Source of the DNA: Podarcis melisellensis
Lineage: Eukaryota
Strand: one strand, 5' to 3'
Length of the DNA: 64,000 nt
Assembly: GCA_964234715.1 (NCBI GenBank)
Contig: OZ174281.1
Shown here one piece after another: positions 31,003 to 45,473 of this stretch. The position numbers and the translations under genes were made by a program. Under the pieces are notes generated by a model. The model was not told the DNA's origin, did not search any database, and worked only from the letters and a program-made list of their open reading frames with translations. How positions within the stretch are numbered: the first letter of the stretch is position 1; every line of letters begins with the position of its first letter.

Positions 31003-33890
31003 GTAGGTAGTCCTTCTCCTCTTCCAATCTGTGTGCTACTAGTGTGCTTTTTAGTATTTACGGTTTGCTTTTCATGACTCAATACTTGTGTGCATGTGTT
31101 TTCATGTACAGCACGATCCCATCTTGTGCACAGTTAACGAGTGTGATTTCAGTCTTGCGCAGTTGAAAGCAGGCCAGTTGAAATTGCGTGAATTAATTGC
31201 ACACTTAAAGGCTCCTTTTGCACTGGATTTTCCCAGTGTGGAAAGAGCCTTTAAGCTCTCCATCTTGCTTACCAGGCAAGTCCTGCTCAGTGTGCGAGTT
31301 CTGGGATGCTCTTGCAAGATCTTGTGGGAATGTGGATGCCCCCATGAGATCTCACGAGAGCATCCCAGAGACCACAAGCTGAGCATGACTTGCCCGCTAA
31401 GCAAGGCAAAGAGCTCAAAAGCTCTTCCTTCCTTGGGTATAAGGTCCACTTGGCACATTGCCTTGGGAAGGTAAAGTATGGTCGCACCGTGACAGTTTCA
31501 AGGGGGTGGGCTGAGTATATGGGCCATCTCCAGAGTCTAACCCTGTGCAAGATGTGATTATATTGTAGCCCTTTATATAATTTATTCATTTAGTTTCAGT
31601 GTGTGTGGCACCACAAGTGTAAATGTATTTCATAAGTGCTACAGGTTTTGTTTTTTTGTATGTAAATATTTTCTAAGGCATAAGGTGCTATAAAATCTGT
31701 GCTAATTCTAATCAAATGTTTTGGTATGTGATGCCTTCGTATCCATCAGAGTCTTAAGATTATTTGTAAATCTGCTAAGGCTTTCATGACATCTAAATGA
31801 GGACTATAAAAATATTTCCAAATTGCAGCAGTGACATCATGGCTGTGTATCGACTATCATACCTCATAATTAACTGAGGTATGAACAAGCCTCATGGAGC
31901 CACCTCAGTCCTTCCCTATGATCCAGGAAGTAAGCCTGGAATTCTCAGTTAACCTATAGTTTCCTTATAGGTTTGTACTGGCAAACTATGGTTAACAAAT
32001 TCCAAACAAACCAGGATATTAAACCAACTTTAAACAGTGCCTTAGTATTCCATGCATGTTTGTAAGCATTAAGTGTAGTTTCCTGGTTTGGAAACAATGG
32101 GAAACCCTTGTTAACAGAAACTTGTTGACTTACTTGCCTGCTCATGCAAAGGGAGGAGCAAAACAGCTCTCTGCAAGTGTACGATACTCATTCATATCTT
32201 GGCTTCTTAAGCTAAAGAAAATTACAGTCTGAAGCTAATGCCATCACTGTAAAACAGGTGGGGAACCATTTTCAGCCCAAGGGCTGAATCAGAAATTGGG
32301 CCACCCCTCCATGGGCCTCTTTTTAAGGTGGTTGGGGCAGATCAGCTTATTGGTTCTAAAAGCCCCCTTGAAGTTGTTCATTTACAGGTGCAGTTTGGTA
32401 TGAAACCTCGCTTGCAAATGGACATTTTTCTTTGGCATTTGCAGGTGCAAATGATTAAACAATTAAATATTGCAAGGGGGAGATAGCAGCAATGTCTTTT
32501 CCCAGCCCTGTGCATACTGTGGCCACTACTGCCATCCAACCTGTGTTTAATGTGTAGATAACTAAAGACTGATGAATCGATCTTCTGTTCATTTAAAATT
32601 GTTGACATTAATTTCTCTCTTTGGTTTCCGTTGTGACAGATTCATGTATTGTCTAGCTATCTGAAAATAAATTTATTGCAAAAAATGGCATTAGCAGTAA
32701 AATCTCCAGAGACAACTGTTTTCTAAGCCTTGTCAAAAAGTTCTGAAATTGCTTCTCTAATTGTATTGGGAGTTATGGCTTTTGGCATTTTTATCCACAT
32801 CCACTGTTTCAGCGCTAATTCTACTACATCTGTTCTCCTTCTACAAGTACCATAGCTGTCAGAATGGCAGCTATGGTACTTGTAGAATAATACATTTTTT
32901 AGGGATTGCTAGTTCTCCATTTTTTGTATTTTGCAAGACACATTGGTTAATCAAAGTTTGAATTCTTTTAAAAGTTACATTTTATCTTGGTGCCTTGATC
33001 TGTGGTGAACATTCTGTACTGTGATGCTGTTATATTTTTGTGTATACAGAAGTATCAGTAGGCATTCAGAAAAACTCAAGATGCTTAGCTTCAAATTATG
33101 GATCTAATATTTCAGTAGCTGTTTATTTATTAAATATTTTAAACAAATATGAGAGCCCAGAATTTCAGACTTCAACTGTGTGTTTTTCCTTCTTTTAAAA
33201 GTGGCAGCATTGTTTGCCTGCTGGTTTTTGAAGTAATGTGAAGAATTAGAGTTTCTTAGAGCAGAAGGCTATGAATGTTTGCTTGGAAATAAATCCCACC
33301 ATGTTCAGTGGCGCTTACTCCAAAGTAAGTGTGCATCCCTAGGTCATTTTGGATTTGATTTTTAGTGCAGGGCTGCAGCTGTTGGCTCAAGGCTTGGTTA
33401 GTCTCAGTCCTAGGGCGTAGCAGAAGGCAAGAGATAAAGAAAACTGATTTGTAGAAAGGATTTGGGACATATAGTTGAGCTAAAGGAATGGGTTAAATAA
33501 AGATGTGATATAGTGGAATACTTGCTGGAAACCAGGGCCATTGGTCCAATCGGGGATCTTTTAATCTGGGGATGTTGGGTCAGGTCTTTACTGTGCTGAG
33601 GCAGTTCCCAAATCTCATGTATAGTGAGACAATGGTAGGGTCTTCTCATAACAGAGAAGTTAAAAGTCAGAATTTGGGGTTTGTTAAATCGTTTTTTTAA
33701 AAAAACCAAAGGCTGGAAAAACATGATTTTCTTCTTCATTGAGCATGTTTTTAAAAGGCTGTACCATGGCAATCTATTTATGGACCATATATTCTAGTTC
33801 CAAGTTGGTCCACATCTGTGGATACAGAGTTCTTACCCCCACTTTGGTGGCCTGACATTCATGCTGGAATATCACTTCAGCACTCTAGCA

Positions 33891-34030
33891 CAGTGGGTCT
33901 GCGTAACTCACCCAGGGCACCATTCACATAAAAACTACCATAAATATATCAAAATTTTCAAAAGTAGGGTCCACGGCTTGGTTTTTGAAAAACAGGGGGT
34001 CCACAGTAATTAGCTAATTGGGAACCAATG
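33891..34030. mobile_element. hAT MITE with perfect 8-bp TSD
   Basis: CTCTAGCA|CAGTGGGTC ... GGGAACCAATG|CTCTAGCA. Confidence 0.75.
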
Positions 34031-35884
34031 CTCTAGCAGGTTCTCCATCAAATTTAGTTCAGGGTTTTTTTTTAGCCATTTCCTCCTCTGTCTTAGCATA
34101 TGTGTTGCAATAAGTGATGGGTGTGTTTTAGATATTTATTTTCTTGTTCTTCCCTACAGGGTAGGCAGGGCTAGTTGCAGAAGGGTGTAGCTTATTGGAC
34201 TCCTGTGCATTTATTTCAGAGGCAGCAAAGTAAAGCACCTGATAATTTGCAGCAAAAGCTTTGTTTGTCTTATGGCTGTGGAATTGAACTCTCTTGTGCA
34301 GTTTACATAATCCAAATGGGCACATGTAGTTAGAGATTTGTCAGGATGATTGGGACAACTTTGCCCATGGAACTGAAAAGTAAGTTATTTCTTTTTAGAG
34401 GTTGTACATTAATTTTTTACATTGTAGAATATCTGGTTTGCCTAGAATATCTGGTCTAGCCTTTTTATTCCAAGCAGTTAACTTAGTGGTTTGTGCAATG
34501 CAATCCACTTCTCATTGAAGTCAGTAGCAAAGCTCTCACTCATTTTAATGCAGCAGGATTGTATTATTTGTATTTTTTGCAGGTTGATTTTCAGATGTGC
34601 TTGTAAAGATGTTGAACTGATGCCATGACAGTGTGTTATATTCACTGCAAAAATACATATATTTTTGACATACTAATTTTAACAATAATGATTCTTATAA
34701 TTAATATTTATGATGAAAATAACAAATGTACAAGTTCAAGAAGTTCTGACTAATTTTCTATATTTTTTGCAAGTATGAACAACTGTGTTATAATGCTTCT
34801 TTAATAACAAATGAAAGTTCAAACCATTTATTAGTGGCAAATGTGTGTTGTTTGAATATTGTTTCTGATTGCAATGGTTATTAAATAATTTTATTCACTT
34901 TCATACAACTCTTCTTCCAAGGAACCCAAGACAGGACAGTGTACATGCCCCACCTACACACAGACACACACTAATCCTTATAATAACTTTGTTGAGGTAG
35001 GTTAGGCTAAGATAGGCTTACCAGCCAAATGGCATCCATTAAATTTCCAAAGCTTAGCATGGATTTGAATCTGAGTCTTCCTGCTCATATTCTGCTTCTT
35101 ATCCGTGAGACCCTCCTGGTGGTAATAGAGACTAGCAATAGCTCTTCTACTCATCTTGTTTAACAAAGTCTTTTGCCACCATAATGAGCTTTATATATGC
35201 ACTCATTCATAAATTATCACATATCCCTGTTTGCCTGTTGGCCATCTTAGAAAATAGTAACCAAACTGGAAAATTCATACAACAGGATGCAAGTGTCTAC
35301 CCAAGTAAAATCACATAGGCCTGAATCATATACAAACTTTAAGATTCCCTGCACATTCTGTTTTTTTTACAAGAGTCTACAGCAGATCCTGGAATATTGC
35401 TAAAGGTTTAAGATAAGCAGATATGTGCCATTCATATCACTTTACAGCATCAGTTCTGTATTGATTTTGATGTTACATTTTACTTTAGGAGGAAACGATG
35501 AAAAACATTAAGGTGCCAGTACTAAGTTTACTTCACAGGGAATAACTCCACTGAACACAATAGGATATTCAAGCCTTGGCTTAGGCTTGCATTGCAAGTT
35601 GGAGTTAAACTTCAAACTGTACATTTTTGCATATTGTTGTCAGCAGGTAATCAAGTGATTCTGCTTGTGTATGAAGCTTTCATACCAGAGTAATATTTTT
35701 AAAAATTCATGTACATTATTCAGGGGAAGAAAATACACCAGAATTGTCTCCAAGTCCTGCATAATTCTGCAAATCTGTGTATGTAGCACATTATTGCTGA
35801 GCATTTTTCTGCCTTTTGGCTTTTCTAGGTAGATGATGTGTTTGATATTTTCCCTCCTTCATGTCTTCCTTTTTCTTTTAACAG

Positions 35885-36343
35885 CGGAAGGCTATGCAGC
35901 CTTCCAGGAAGACAGCTCTGGGGATGAAGCTGAAAGCCCCTCCAAGTTAAAGCGCTCCAAAGGGATCCACGTTTTCAAGAAGCCAAGTTTCTCCAAGAAG
36001 AAGGAAAAAGATTTTAAGATAAAAGAAAAACCCAAAGATGAAAAACATAAAGAGGACAAGCACAAGGAGGAAAAACATAAAGAGAAAAAATCTAAAGACT
36101 TGACAGCAGCGGATGTTGTGAAACAATGGAAAGAGAAGAAGAAGAAGAAGAAACCAGCTCAGGAGGCAGAGATACCGCAGGTGGATATTCCCAGGCCTCG
36201 CCCTGTGTTTGGTATCCCTTTGGCAGATGCAGCAGAAAGGACCATGTTGTATGATGGCATCCGCCTGCCAGCAGTTTTCCGGGAATGTATAGATTACGTA
36301 GAGAAATATGGCATGAAATGCGAAGGCATCTACAGAGTTTCAG
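35885..36343 (+). CDS. RALBP1: RALBP1 coding exon 2, start of RhoGAP domain
   Basis: aacag|CG...TCAG|gtata; EGYAAFQEDSSGDEAESP...PVFGIPLADA...LPAVFRECIDYVEKYGMKCEGIYRVS. Confidence 0.97.
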
Positions 36344-38835
36344 GTATAGTGGCCCAACTGAAGGTAGCTTTCCTCTGCTTTGCCTCCTGTCTTTTGACCC
36401 AAAGGGCATGGTGGGGCTCTCCACCTTCACATTGCCCAAAACTTCATGTGACTTTGTAAATGCCTGCAGCTTCCTAAAACCAAGCTGCTGTTGAATTTAG
36501 GCTAGCTCTAAATTTAAGGCTGGAAGGATTGCTGATAAGCAGGTATGATTGAAAAATGATTTAGCCTGCTTATATATATTAAAGTTCAAGAGGTTAAAGA
36601 CACAATTCTACATACATCCGCCGTTTGTGTTCGGTGTTGCTTGCTGCTGGGTAAATGTTCATTTTTTAAATCTAGTTCATAAAATTTACAAATTGCTTGA
36701 TTGTGGTTGTTGTTTTTTTAACAAGTTACATATAATAGCACTGCAATTAAGACTGCAAATTTTATGCCCAGTTTCCTATAAGTAAGCCTTTGAATTTGAC
36801 TGGATTTCCTTTTCAATGAACACATAAGATTATGCCGTAAGTTAGCAAATCTAGTCTTTTGCATTTGAGGGCACAGTGTCTTATCAGATCCATTAAAGTC
36901 ATGCTTCCCTAGAGTGGCACTGATTTTCAAGCGGTTTCCTCAGCCATCTGCCACAACCTGCTTGCTGAGTAGAGCAATTGAAAAAAACAACAACATGGTT
37001 CAGTCTTTCTGATAGAAAGAGAAAACTGGCATGTGGCACTTCCCAACTGCATTCCTCACAACGCTTGCTCTGGAGTAGTGACTTCAGTATGTATAATGGT
37101 ATAGAGTGGTGTAAGTAGCTTGAGGACTGTGAGAATATAACCTAATCAGAGATGTTAAGAACCTTGCAGTTGTTTGCTATATATTTTTAATTATGTTGTA
37201 TAAAAGATTCAGGGCTAGCAAGTAAAATAGTGATTTGTCAAGTGGCATATGGTGGGGAGAGAACATATTCTTCAGCTGTTTTTCCCTCCTACACTTTCAT
37301 TTTGACTTTCTTCCAAATGGAATTTATACACAAAGTCCTCATTAGCTGGTATCTTGGGAAAAAACAGGGGAAATGTTGCAATAGCAGTTGAGGATTTAGC
37401 TTGGATTTGAAGAAAACACCCCGGTGGTAATGCCAAGATAATTAGCAGCCACAGTAGTTGTGTAACCCTTGATCCACATAAAAGTAACAATGATTCGAGT
37501 CATTTATTTAATTATACAGCTGTATTTTGAATTGTGAATGCCACCTGTGAGAGGCATCATGCTCGTGATCGAAATGCAGTGCACGAGCTGTTTTGACAGG
37601 AACTGAAATGCAAATTCCAAGGCGGAATTTAAAGACAAAACTGCACAGGAAGTAAATATTTTGAAGAGATGTTTAGTGCAAACATTGCACATTAGTGAAA
37701 CATAAATATGAAAGCATAGCCACACTTTTATTGACACTATGTCACTATTTCTTGCAGAAATATAATTTTCTGATCCTTGAGGTTCATAGGTTTATATCCT
37801 TTACTATGCCAGGCTGTGCTACAGTATGACCATGACAGTGTAAAGTGTCCTTCTCTGGGTAGTAGATATGGATACTGCTTGGAATTTAAGCTTGAAAGGG
37901 AATTTGTGCAAGCATTGGAAAGTGTTCGGGCAAGTCTGAACAATGCAGAAAAGTGAAGTACTCTGATTATAACTGACTTGTAAATAAGTCCATAAAAGTT
38001 AGTATCCTGCAACCTTGCTTTATTTTATTTTTTACTAACCTGCTAGTTTCTAAGCTGGCCAGGGAGGAGGGAAAGCCCCTCCTCTTAGCAGACTAGTGGT
38101 GTGGATAGGTGTTTAAGCCTTCTGCATTTCTGTGCCTGTCCTTCCTCAGTGGCTAGCATGGAAACCGAACACACTGGCAGAGGACAGCAGAGCAGTTTGT
38201 CTCTCCTCTACCAGTGTGCTCATTCATCAGCATAGAATTCCATGCACTTGCCTGCATGGAATTTTAGTGGCCTTTGATGACCAGGTGTGTTCTTAGAAAT
38301 AAGGATTGAAAGTGGATAGTGTACAACACATCAGAACATGGGTGTGGTTTATTATTATTAAACAGATCAAAGAGATGGTCGAAATTCCAAATCAAAAAGT
38401 CACCATCCAACCACTATCTCTGCTGTTTCTCCTCTACCTGCTTTTGCTGTAAATTGGAGACCCTGGATGCACCCACAAAATACACAAAACTATGGTTTAA
38501 CACCCAAGGGTGAGCCTGAGTGACTTGTCAGGCTTGCATGCATCGTTCTCTTCCGTCATGGTCTTGAGGTGCATTTTGGCAGAGTTTAGTTTCACAGAAT
38601 CCTGGATCATTACTACATTTGAAACATGGATTCTAATTTAAAACAAACTGGCAAGTTTCATAACAAGCTGGTGTCAGACTGTGGGTTTGTTCTGCTTGGA
38701 CTTGTTCTGGCTCATCCATGCCGTGCTAAACCATGCAGACACAGCCTAGTGCACCTTCCTTCCTTCTTCCATTGTACACCACACCCTTATCTGCAGTCAG
38801 CATGCTGTAGTGTTATTTCTTGAGTTAAGAGCCCA

Positions 38836-38940
38836 GGGTGGTATTCCAACAAAGTTTTCCTGAGAGCAGACCTATTGAAATTAATGAATCAACTAAGGTA
38901 GGTCCATTCATTTCAATGGGTCTGCTCTGAATAAAACTTA
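38836..38940. repeat. Short palindromic MITE-like element (related copy ~62868-62955)
   Basis: AAGTTTT..GAGAGCAGACCTATTGAAAT / ATTTCAATGGGTCTGCTCTGA..AAAACTT inverted arms. Confidence 0.65.
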
Positions 38941-39069
38941 CTTTAGTACTTTCCCCGGTGTTTTGTGACTTTGCAAAATGAAGAGAGTGCTTTACATGTG
39001 TGATTGCTCTATTTTTGTATGTTTTTGGAATTATTTTGTGAAATCATTCTATTTTTTTTTTTTTTTTAG

Positions 39070-39419
39070 GAATTAAATCAAAGGTGGATGAGCTAAAAGC
39101 AGCATACGACCGAGAAGAATCCCCCAACCTGGAGGAGTATGAGCCTAACACTGTAGCCAGCTTGTTGAAGCAGTATCTGCGTGAACTTCCTGAGAACTTG
39201 CTTACCAAAGAGCTCATGCCTCGCTTTGAAGATGCTTGTGGGAAGAGCCTGGAGGTTGAGAAATTGCAGGAGTGCCAGCGTCTCCTGAAAGAACTACCAG
39301 AGTGTAACTATCTCCTAATTTCTTGGCTGATTGTGCACATGGACCATGTAATTGCAAAGGAACTAGAAACAAAAATGAATATACAGAACATTTCCATAGT
39401 ACTCAGCCCAACTGTTCAG
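39070..39419 (+). CDS. RALBP1: RALBP1 coding exon 3, RhoGAP domain
   Basis: tttag|GA...CAG|gtatg; GIKSKVDELKAAYDREE...NTVASLLKQYLRELPENLLT...NISIVLSPTVQ. Confidence 0.97.
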
Positions 39420-39479
39420 GTATGCATAATAGGCTCTCTCTTTCCCTACTTCTCTCTCTCTCTCTATATATATATATAT

Positions 39480-39773
39480 CAGTGGTTTTCAGACTTATTT
39501 CTCTGGGCCAGTTTCAGAATAATAATTTGCTCTTGCCACACTGAATTTTTAATTGATAAGAAATACATTGGGACACAAAAAGAAGCAACAACTAGCAGTG
39601 CTTCATTTTGAAAATATCTATCCATATTCTGCAAATAAATATATATATTCTGATGCTATGCTATACTACACTGGAATGTTTAGGTGTTTATTTGATTTTC
39701 CTTGAATCTTCCCGCCACACTTGCTATCCTTTCCTGCCACATCATGGCATGTCACACTCTTTGAGAACCACTG
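39480..39773. mobile_element. hAT/Charlie-like MITE
   Basis: TIRs CAGTGGTTTTCA / TGAGAACCACTG; inserted in (CT)n(AT)n sequence. Confidence 0.7.
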
Positions 39774-40026
39774 CGCTCTCTCTATATCCCTGCCTACATC
39801 CATATGTTGCTGAAGGTAAGCAGAGTTGGGATCTGCGTAGGATGCATATAGAAGCTGTTTTGACTCTTCAGAGGAAGAAGTGATGTAATTGTAATTAATT
39901 GTGAACCAAGCTATCATTTATAGTTGGTTGGGACCAACAAATCAAACTTAATGACCTTCTGGTAGTACCCAGTCACCCTCTTACATAATCCAGACCAGTG
40001 TGCAACTATCAGAGAGCAGGTGTACA

Positions 40027-40275
40027 GGAGGAGGAGGAGGAGTTTGGATTTGATATCCCGCTTTATCACTACCCTAAGGAGTCTCAAAGTGGCTAACATT
40101 CTCCTTTCCCTTCCTCCCCAACAACAAACACTCTGTGAGGTGAGTGGGGCTGAGAGACTTCAAAGAAGTGTGACTAGCCCAAGGTCACTCAGCAGCTGCA
40201 TGTGTAGGAGCGGAGATGCGAACCGGGTTCACCAGACTATGAGTCTGCTGCTCTTAACCACTACACCACACTGGC
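40027..40275 (-). mobile_element. tRNA-derived SINE, Squam3/MIR-like
   Basis: Reverse copy of the same family with (CCT)n tail. Confidence 0.87.
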
Positions 40276-43024
40276 CCCCCACACACAGTAAAATGGTACC
40301 TGCAAAGCACACAGTTCCAGATGGTGTTCAGGCAAGGGAGCCACGTTAGACACTCCTAAACTGGGACTGTGTCCTCCTCTCCAGCCTCCCAAGGTCTAGA
40401 ACAGAATGGATCTTTGTTTTGGTTGAGGGTTTATTTGACATACCCTAAAGTTATACATAGTTTACCATTCTTCCTGCAATGTTTTAATGGCTCTCATTCA
40501 TTACTTCTGTTCTCTCAATTAGCATTGCAGGGAAAGAAAATTATGCAAACGAAACCCAGCTTTACCAAGCAGCAGCAACTTTTGAGATTTTGAAGCTTAA
40601 AACAGCCATCCTTTCTTTGATATATTTAGTAATGTCTTTACAATCTTGGATAATTTTGAAATCAGAGGCCACTGTCTTTGGCATCCCAAATGGTTGGCAT
40701 TTTTAAGCCTTTGGCCATGGAGGCATGAGAAAGGGTTGCAGAAAATATACTTTCTAGGTGTTAAGTCCCATTGAACACAGTGAACTAACTTTTAAGTACA
40801 CAAGGCCTACACTGTTAGTCATAGTTACATATATCAGTATAAAAGCACTAGAACCTGGACTTTTGCTAGGTACTGAGAGCTTAACCACCTGCTACCTTCC
40901 AAATTTAGATCACATATGTTGATCTCCTTCCAGAATGAGTAATCACAGTAATCTCATTTTAATTTTATTATTGAATAATGATGCTGTCAAACCAGTTGTT
41001 CAAGTGCTAAACAAGATATTCTGGTTGAAACGCCTTTTGTGCAATGTATCAACTGAAGTCAAGACAAAAATCAAATCATTTGATAGTGTTATACTTTTTG
41101 TTGTTTAAATTTATTCCATTATATCTTTGAATTTCAATTATTCCCAGTTGAGAATTGACGTCTAGGTAATATTTGTTTTTTAATCTCAATGCCATTTTTA
41201 TGTAATCCAATGAGAGAGTGAAACTTTTTTGGCATGTGGATTAGGCAATGTTCTTTGATGTCTTTGCTTTGCTCCATTTCCCTTCTTAGCAGCCAACATA
41301 AAATGAATGCAACATGGTATTACCCTGTCACATCTTGTTATATATGTAGGATTAAGTTCAATTAAAGTCATATATTTCTAGACTCCAGATTTTTTCTGGA
41401 AACTAATGTGACAGCTAGATTCCAAAACAAATCAGTTTTCAAGACCATGAACAGTAGTATCTCTTCTCAGTGTATACTTCCTTGTGTTTTTTAAAATGAC
41501 TGACAAGTGATAAAAATATTTTATGCGTTGAATATTCTTCTTATAGGTGGAGAGTTAAAAAGGCATTTTTAAAAAATGTTGCAGGTATTCAATGTACTAC
41601 GTAAAGACTTCATAGAAAGGATCTCATTATATCAATGCTTTAACCCAGCTGGAGATTCTGGAATTGACAGTACAGCACAGGGTCTTTATTTAAAAAAACC
41701 TGCTCTTGCCTAGTCAATTTTAGGAAGTTTGTGGGAACAGACTGGATGGATGTCTCTGGTTTACTGTTATGTAAGAGCATCAAACTGGGGCATCAGGATT
41801 AGACTGTCAGAAGTGCACGTTTGACACATCACCTTCATAATCCATTTATATTAAAATGTTGAATAATAGTATTGCTGTTATTTTACACTTCTAAAGCTCC
41901 TAAGATTTTCTAAGCCTATATGTGTATTAAAGATAAGGCAGTCTCTGCCTGCAGACACAATATCTCATATACATCTCATAAAAGGAATGGGAAAGGGAGA
42001 AGTAAGCAAGCATTGGAGCAGCTGTTCCTTCTCTGATCAATGAATTAATCTTCTGTTTTCCATGGTGTTCTTCCTGGGAGGCAGAGGGTGCAGCCTCTCA
42101 TTGGTAGAGGCCAGAGTCTTCTTCCCTTTTGTTTTGTAGCACTAGAGCAACTGGTGTTATAAGGCAGTTAGTATTGCCTAAATAAGAGAAGTCCAATGGT
42201 GCCGTTTTATCGTGAAGCCAAATCATGGTGAAAAGAACAAAGGAAAGATTGTCAGAAAGGTTTTTGCAACTTCCCTTTGTGGATTCGTCTACTGTTCTAG
42301 AACTACCTGTCATTTAGTCCATCCTTGGCCTCTTCTCAGAACCCCTCCCATATCAGGCTAGTGGAGATAAACTCAAATATTGATTTCAGATCATGTTCCA
42401 CTGGAAGAAAATGTACTGCTATTGCAGAGCAGAACACTCCACATTGCTCTTAAAGGCAGGTCATGCCAAAAGTTTAAAGGAAAAAGTAAAACAAAATAAA
42501 ACTGTAAGATCATTTACTCAGCCTTTCCTGGATAAAAATTTATCCTTGCCTGAAGGTGGCAAATGGTCAGACCCCTACGTTTAAACAAAAAACACATTTA
42601 CCAGATTCCTTTGGAGCCTTTACAGTTTTGGAGTTAACAAACAGTAGAAGCAGCCTGGAGTTGTTATTAAAGCCAATTTGGAACTTAATTATTATTTGCT
42701 GATGGTTACAATTGACATAAGTGAGTAACTTGTTTAGGATCAAAGAGTCGGCCATTACATTACCGCCCAGATAATTGTGTGATTATTTTTTTTAGGGGAA
42801 ACTACGCAATTTTAACATGATTACATTAGATTTTAACATGATTACATTTCAACAGCTAATTATTTTTAAACATAATCTCTGCGTCTTTAGCCTGTTCAGG
42901 AAGTTACAGGAAGGAATATCTTAGGTCTGTTAGAATTATTTAGCATCTATGCTGTGGATGTTTGCAGACCAAGTGATTAGAGAGGAAGATCAAAAGTAGT
43001 AATTTGACTGTTACGTCTTTTCAG

Positions 43025-43186
43025 ATCAGCAATCGTGTCTTGTATGTGTTTTTCACACATGTTCAAGAGTTCTTTGGAAATGTGATTCTGAAACGGGTGA
43101 CAAAGCCTCTACGCTGGTCTAACATGGCAACAATGCCAGCATTGCCTGAAACACAGGAAAGCATCAAAGAAGAAATTAGAAGACAG
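43025..43186 (+). CDS. RALBP1: RALBP1 coding exon 4
   Basis: ttcag|ATC...CAG|gttgg; ISNRVLYVFFTHVQEFFGNVILKRVTKPLRWSNMATMPALPETQESIKEEIRRQ. Confidence 0.96.
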
Positions 43187-43771
43187 GTTGGTGCACTTGT
43201 ACTTTTCTTGGCTCTTTCAGTTGAATTTTTATATTGAAACAGGGCAAATTTCATACTGCCCAGACAAATAATCATACAGGAGAAATTATCTTCATTTTAT
43301 AAGAAATAAGTTTGGGTTTTAACATAGGATGTGATACATCTCAACTACAGAGTTGCTTCTCCTACTTCTTTAATAAAAGAGGTGGTGAAGAAGGCTCCAG
43401 AATTTTTTGACTGGAAAGAACTAAAAATGAAGGAGCCTCAAGCTTCCCCTCCCATTGTAGACAATTGTGTGTTGGGGGACAGGGGAATAACACGACAGGT
43501 TTACACCAGCTATCAACAGCTACTACTCACAATGGCTATGTTCTGCCTCCACTATGCTTCTGAATGCTATTCTGGGACTCACAAGTGGGTAGACTACTAT
43601 TGCGTTCAGATCCCGGTTTTGGGCTTCCCATAGACATCTGGTTTGCCATTGTGATATCAGGATGCTGGATGGGCTGCTGGCTTGATCCAGCAGGCCCTTC
43701 TTATGTTCTTAAAAGTTTTTTTAAGCTTAGAAAGTGAATAATATTGCTGAATATGGTGTGTGTTTTACTAG

Positions 43772-44008
<237 letters not shown>

Positions 44009-44925
44009 TAACATTGTCTTAATCAAAATACCATGCTATCCCTGACAGGGGAGACAGAGCTGTTCTTCCTTTCTGCTATGGAGGCTTTTAACTAGTCTAG
44101 TGAGGGATTGTTTATAGTTCTGATGGATCAAAATGTCTCACAGCGTATTACTTCTTTCCCCCATCCTTAAATAAGAGGCTCCCTTTGACCATTGCCGTCC
44201 AGCATAGTTGTCCTTACTTAACACAGCATCAGAAGCAGGGATTCAAGTTCCTTAAACACTGGACACTGCTGCACATCAACAGTGGTTGAATTCCAGGATC
44301 TCATTATTGGGATCCTTGGTACCCTATCCTGTAATAATGAATGGCCTGGTGTACCAGCATGGTATCTGATAATGATAAAATTGTGTGTATTCCTGATATT
44401 TCACTTCTAAAGCGTGCTGAGTTTCTGTTGCAAAGGCATGGAATAGAAATGTTGCACTAGATGACTGCTCTTCTCTTGGGACGCTTACAGTTTCTGGCTT
44501 TCAGTTTCACAGTTTGGTGTTTGAGCTTCTGACAAGGTTACCTTTCAGACTTTTGTTGTAATTGCCTTGGGCTTTATTGGCCAATGCCTTTTGTGTGGTT
44601 AATCACAATATCTTCAGGTATGTGAAAATGTCTGCTTGCCACAGTGCATAAATCAACTGATCTGTCTGCTGGGGGAACCCACAGTCTGCTTGTTCACAGA
44701 GAATCAAAAGCAGCTGCACAGATTTAACCGCCATCTGTCCTAGAAGGGAAAGCAAGTGATTAACCTGACCCACTAATGCTACTTTAGGAAGTTTGAAAAA
44801 TTTCAGATATTTTCTCAGTATAACAACAGCACAAAAACCTCTGTGAGCTCCTGTTTAGATACAATTTCATTTAACCATATGGCTATGTTTGGCAGTGGCC
44901 ATTAATCAAGATTTTTTCAATGCAG

Positions 44926-45033
44926 GAGTGTGAAACAAAGATTGCACGAGAGATTGCCAGCCTTTCAAAGGAGGATGTTTCCAAAGAGGAAATGAATGAG
45001 AATGAAGAAGTTATTAATATTCTGCTCGCTCAG
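44926..45033 (+). CDS. RALBP1: RALBP1 coding exon 6
   Basis: tgcag|GAG...CAG|gtagt; ECETKIAREIASLSKEDVSKEEMNENEEVINILLAQ. Confidence 0.95.
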
Positions 45034-45222
45034 GTAGTTTCTGGTGTTGAATGCACTATTTTTTATTTTTCTTCCTCTTCTTCTTCTTCCCCTTTTCACT
45101 ATTCATTAAGGTAACATTTAACTGTTGCCAAACTGCCTTGGAGAGAAACGGACATTCATATTTGAAAGAATTCTTTGATACTTTAAGAATTCTTTGTTAC
45201 TTTAATGAAACTTTAATTTATA

Positions 45223-45473
45223 CAGTGGGAGGGGGGAGTATTTGATCCCCTGCTAAATTTGCCCATTTGCAAAAGGATCAAATGTTTATTTCACTCATTA
45301 TAATGCACATCAATCTCTGACTTTTGTCTTCTGGGTTTCTGGGGGTTTTCCTGTTGTTCTTCTGTCTCTCACAGCTACAAGAAACCTACCATTAAAATTA
45401 TGGACTGGTCATTTCTTTGTCAGAGGACAAACGGGCATATTTAGCAGGGGATCAAATACTTTCTCTCTCGCTG
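45223..45473. mobile_element. Tc1 (IR/DR-type) deletion derivative
   Basis: TA|CAGTGG...AGTATTTGATCCCCTGCTAAAT ... ATTTAGCAGGGGATCAAATACT...CTG|TA; inner repeat GGATCAAATGTTTATTTCACTCA at ~45275-45297. Confidence 0.82.
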
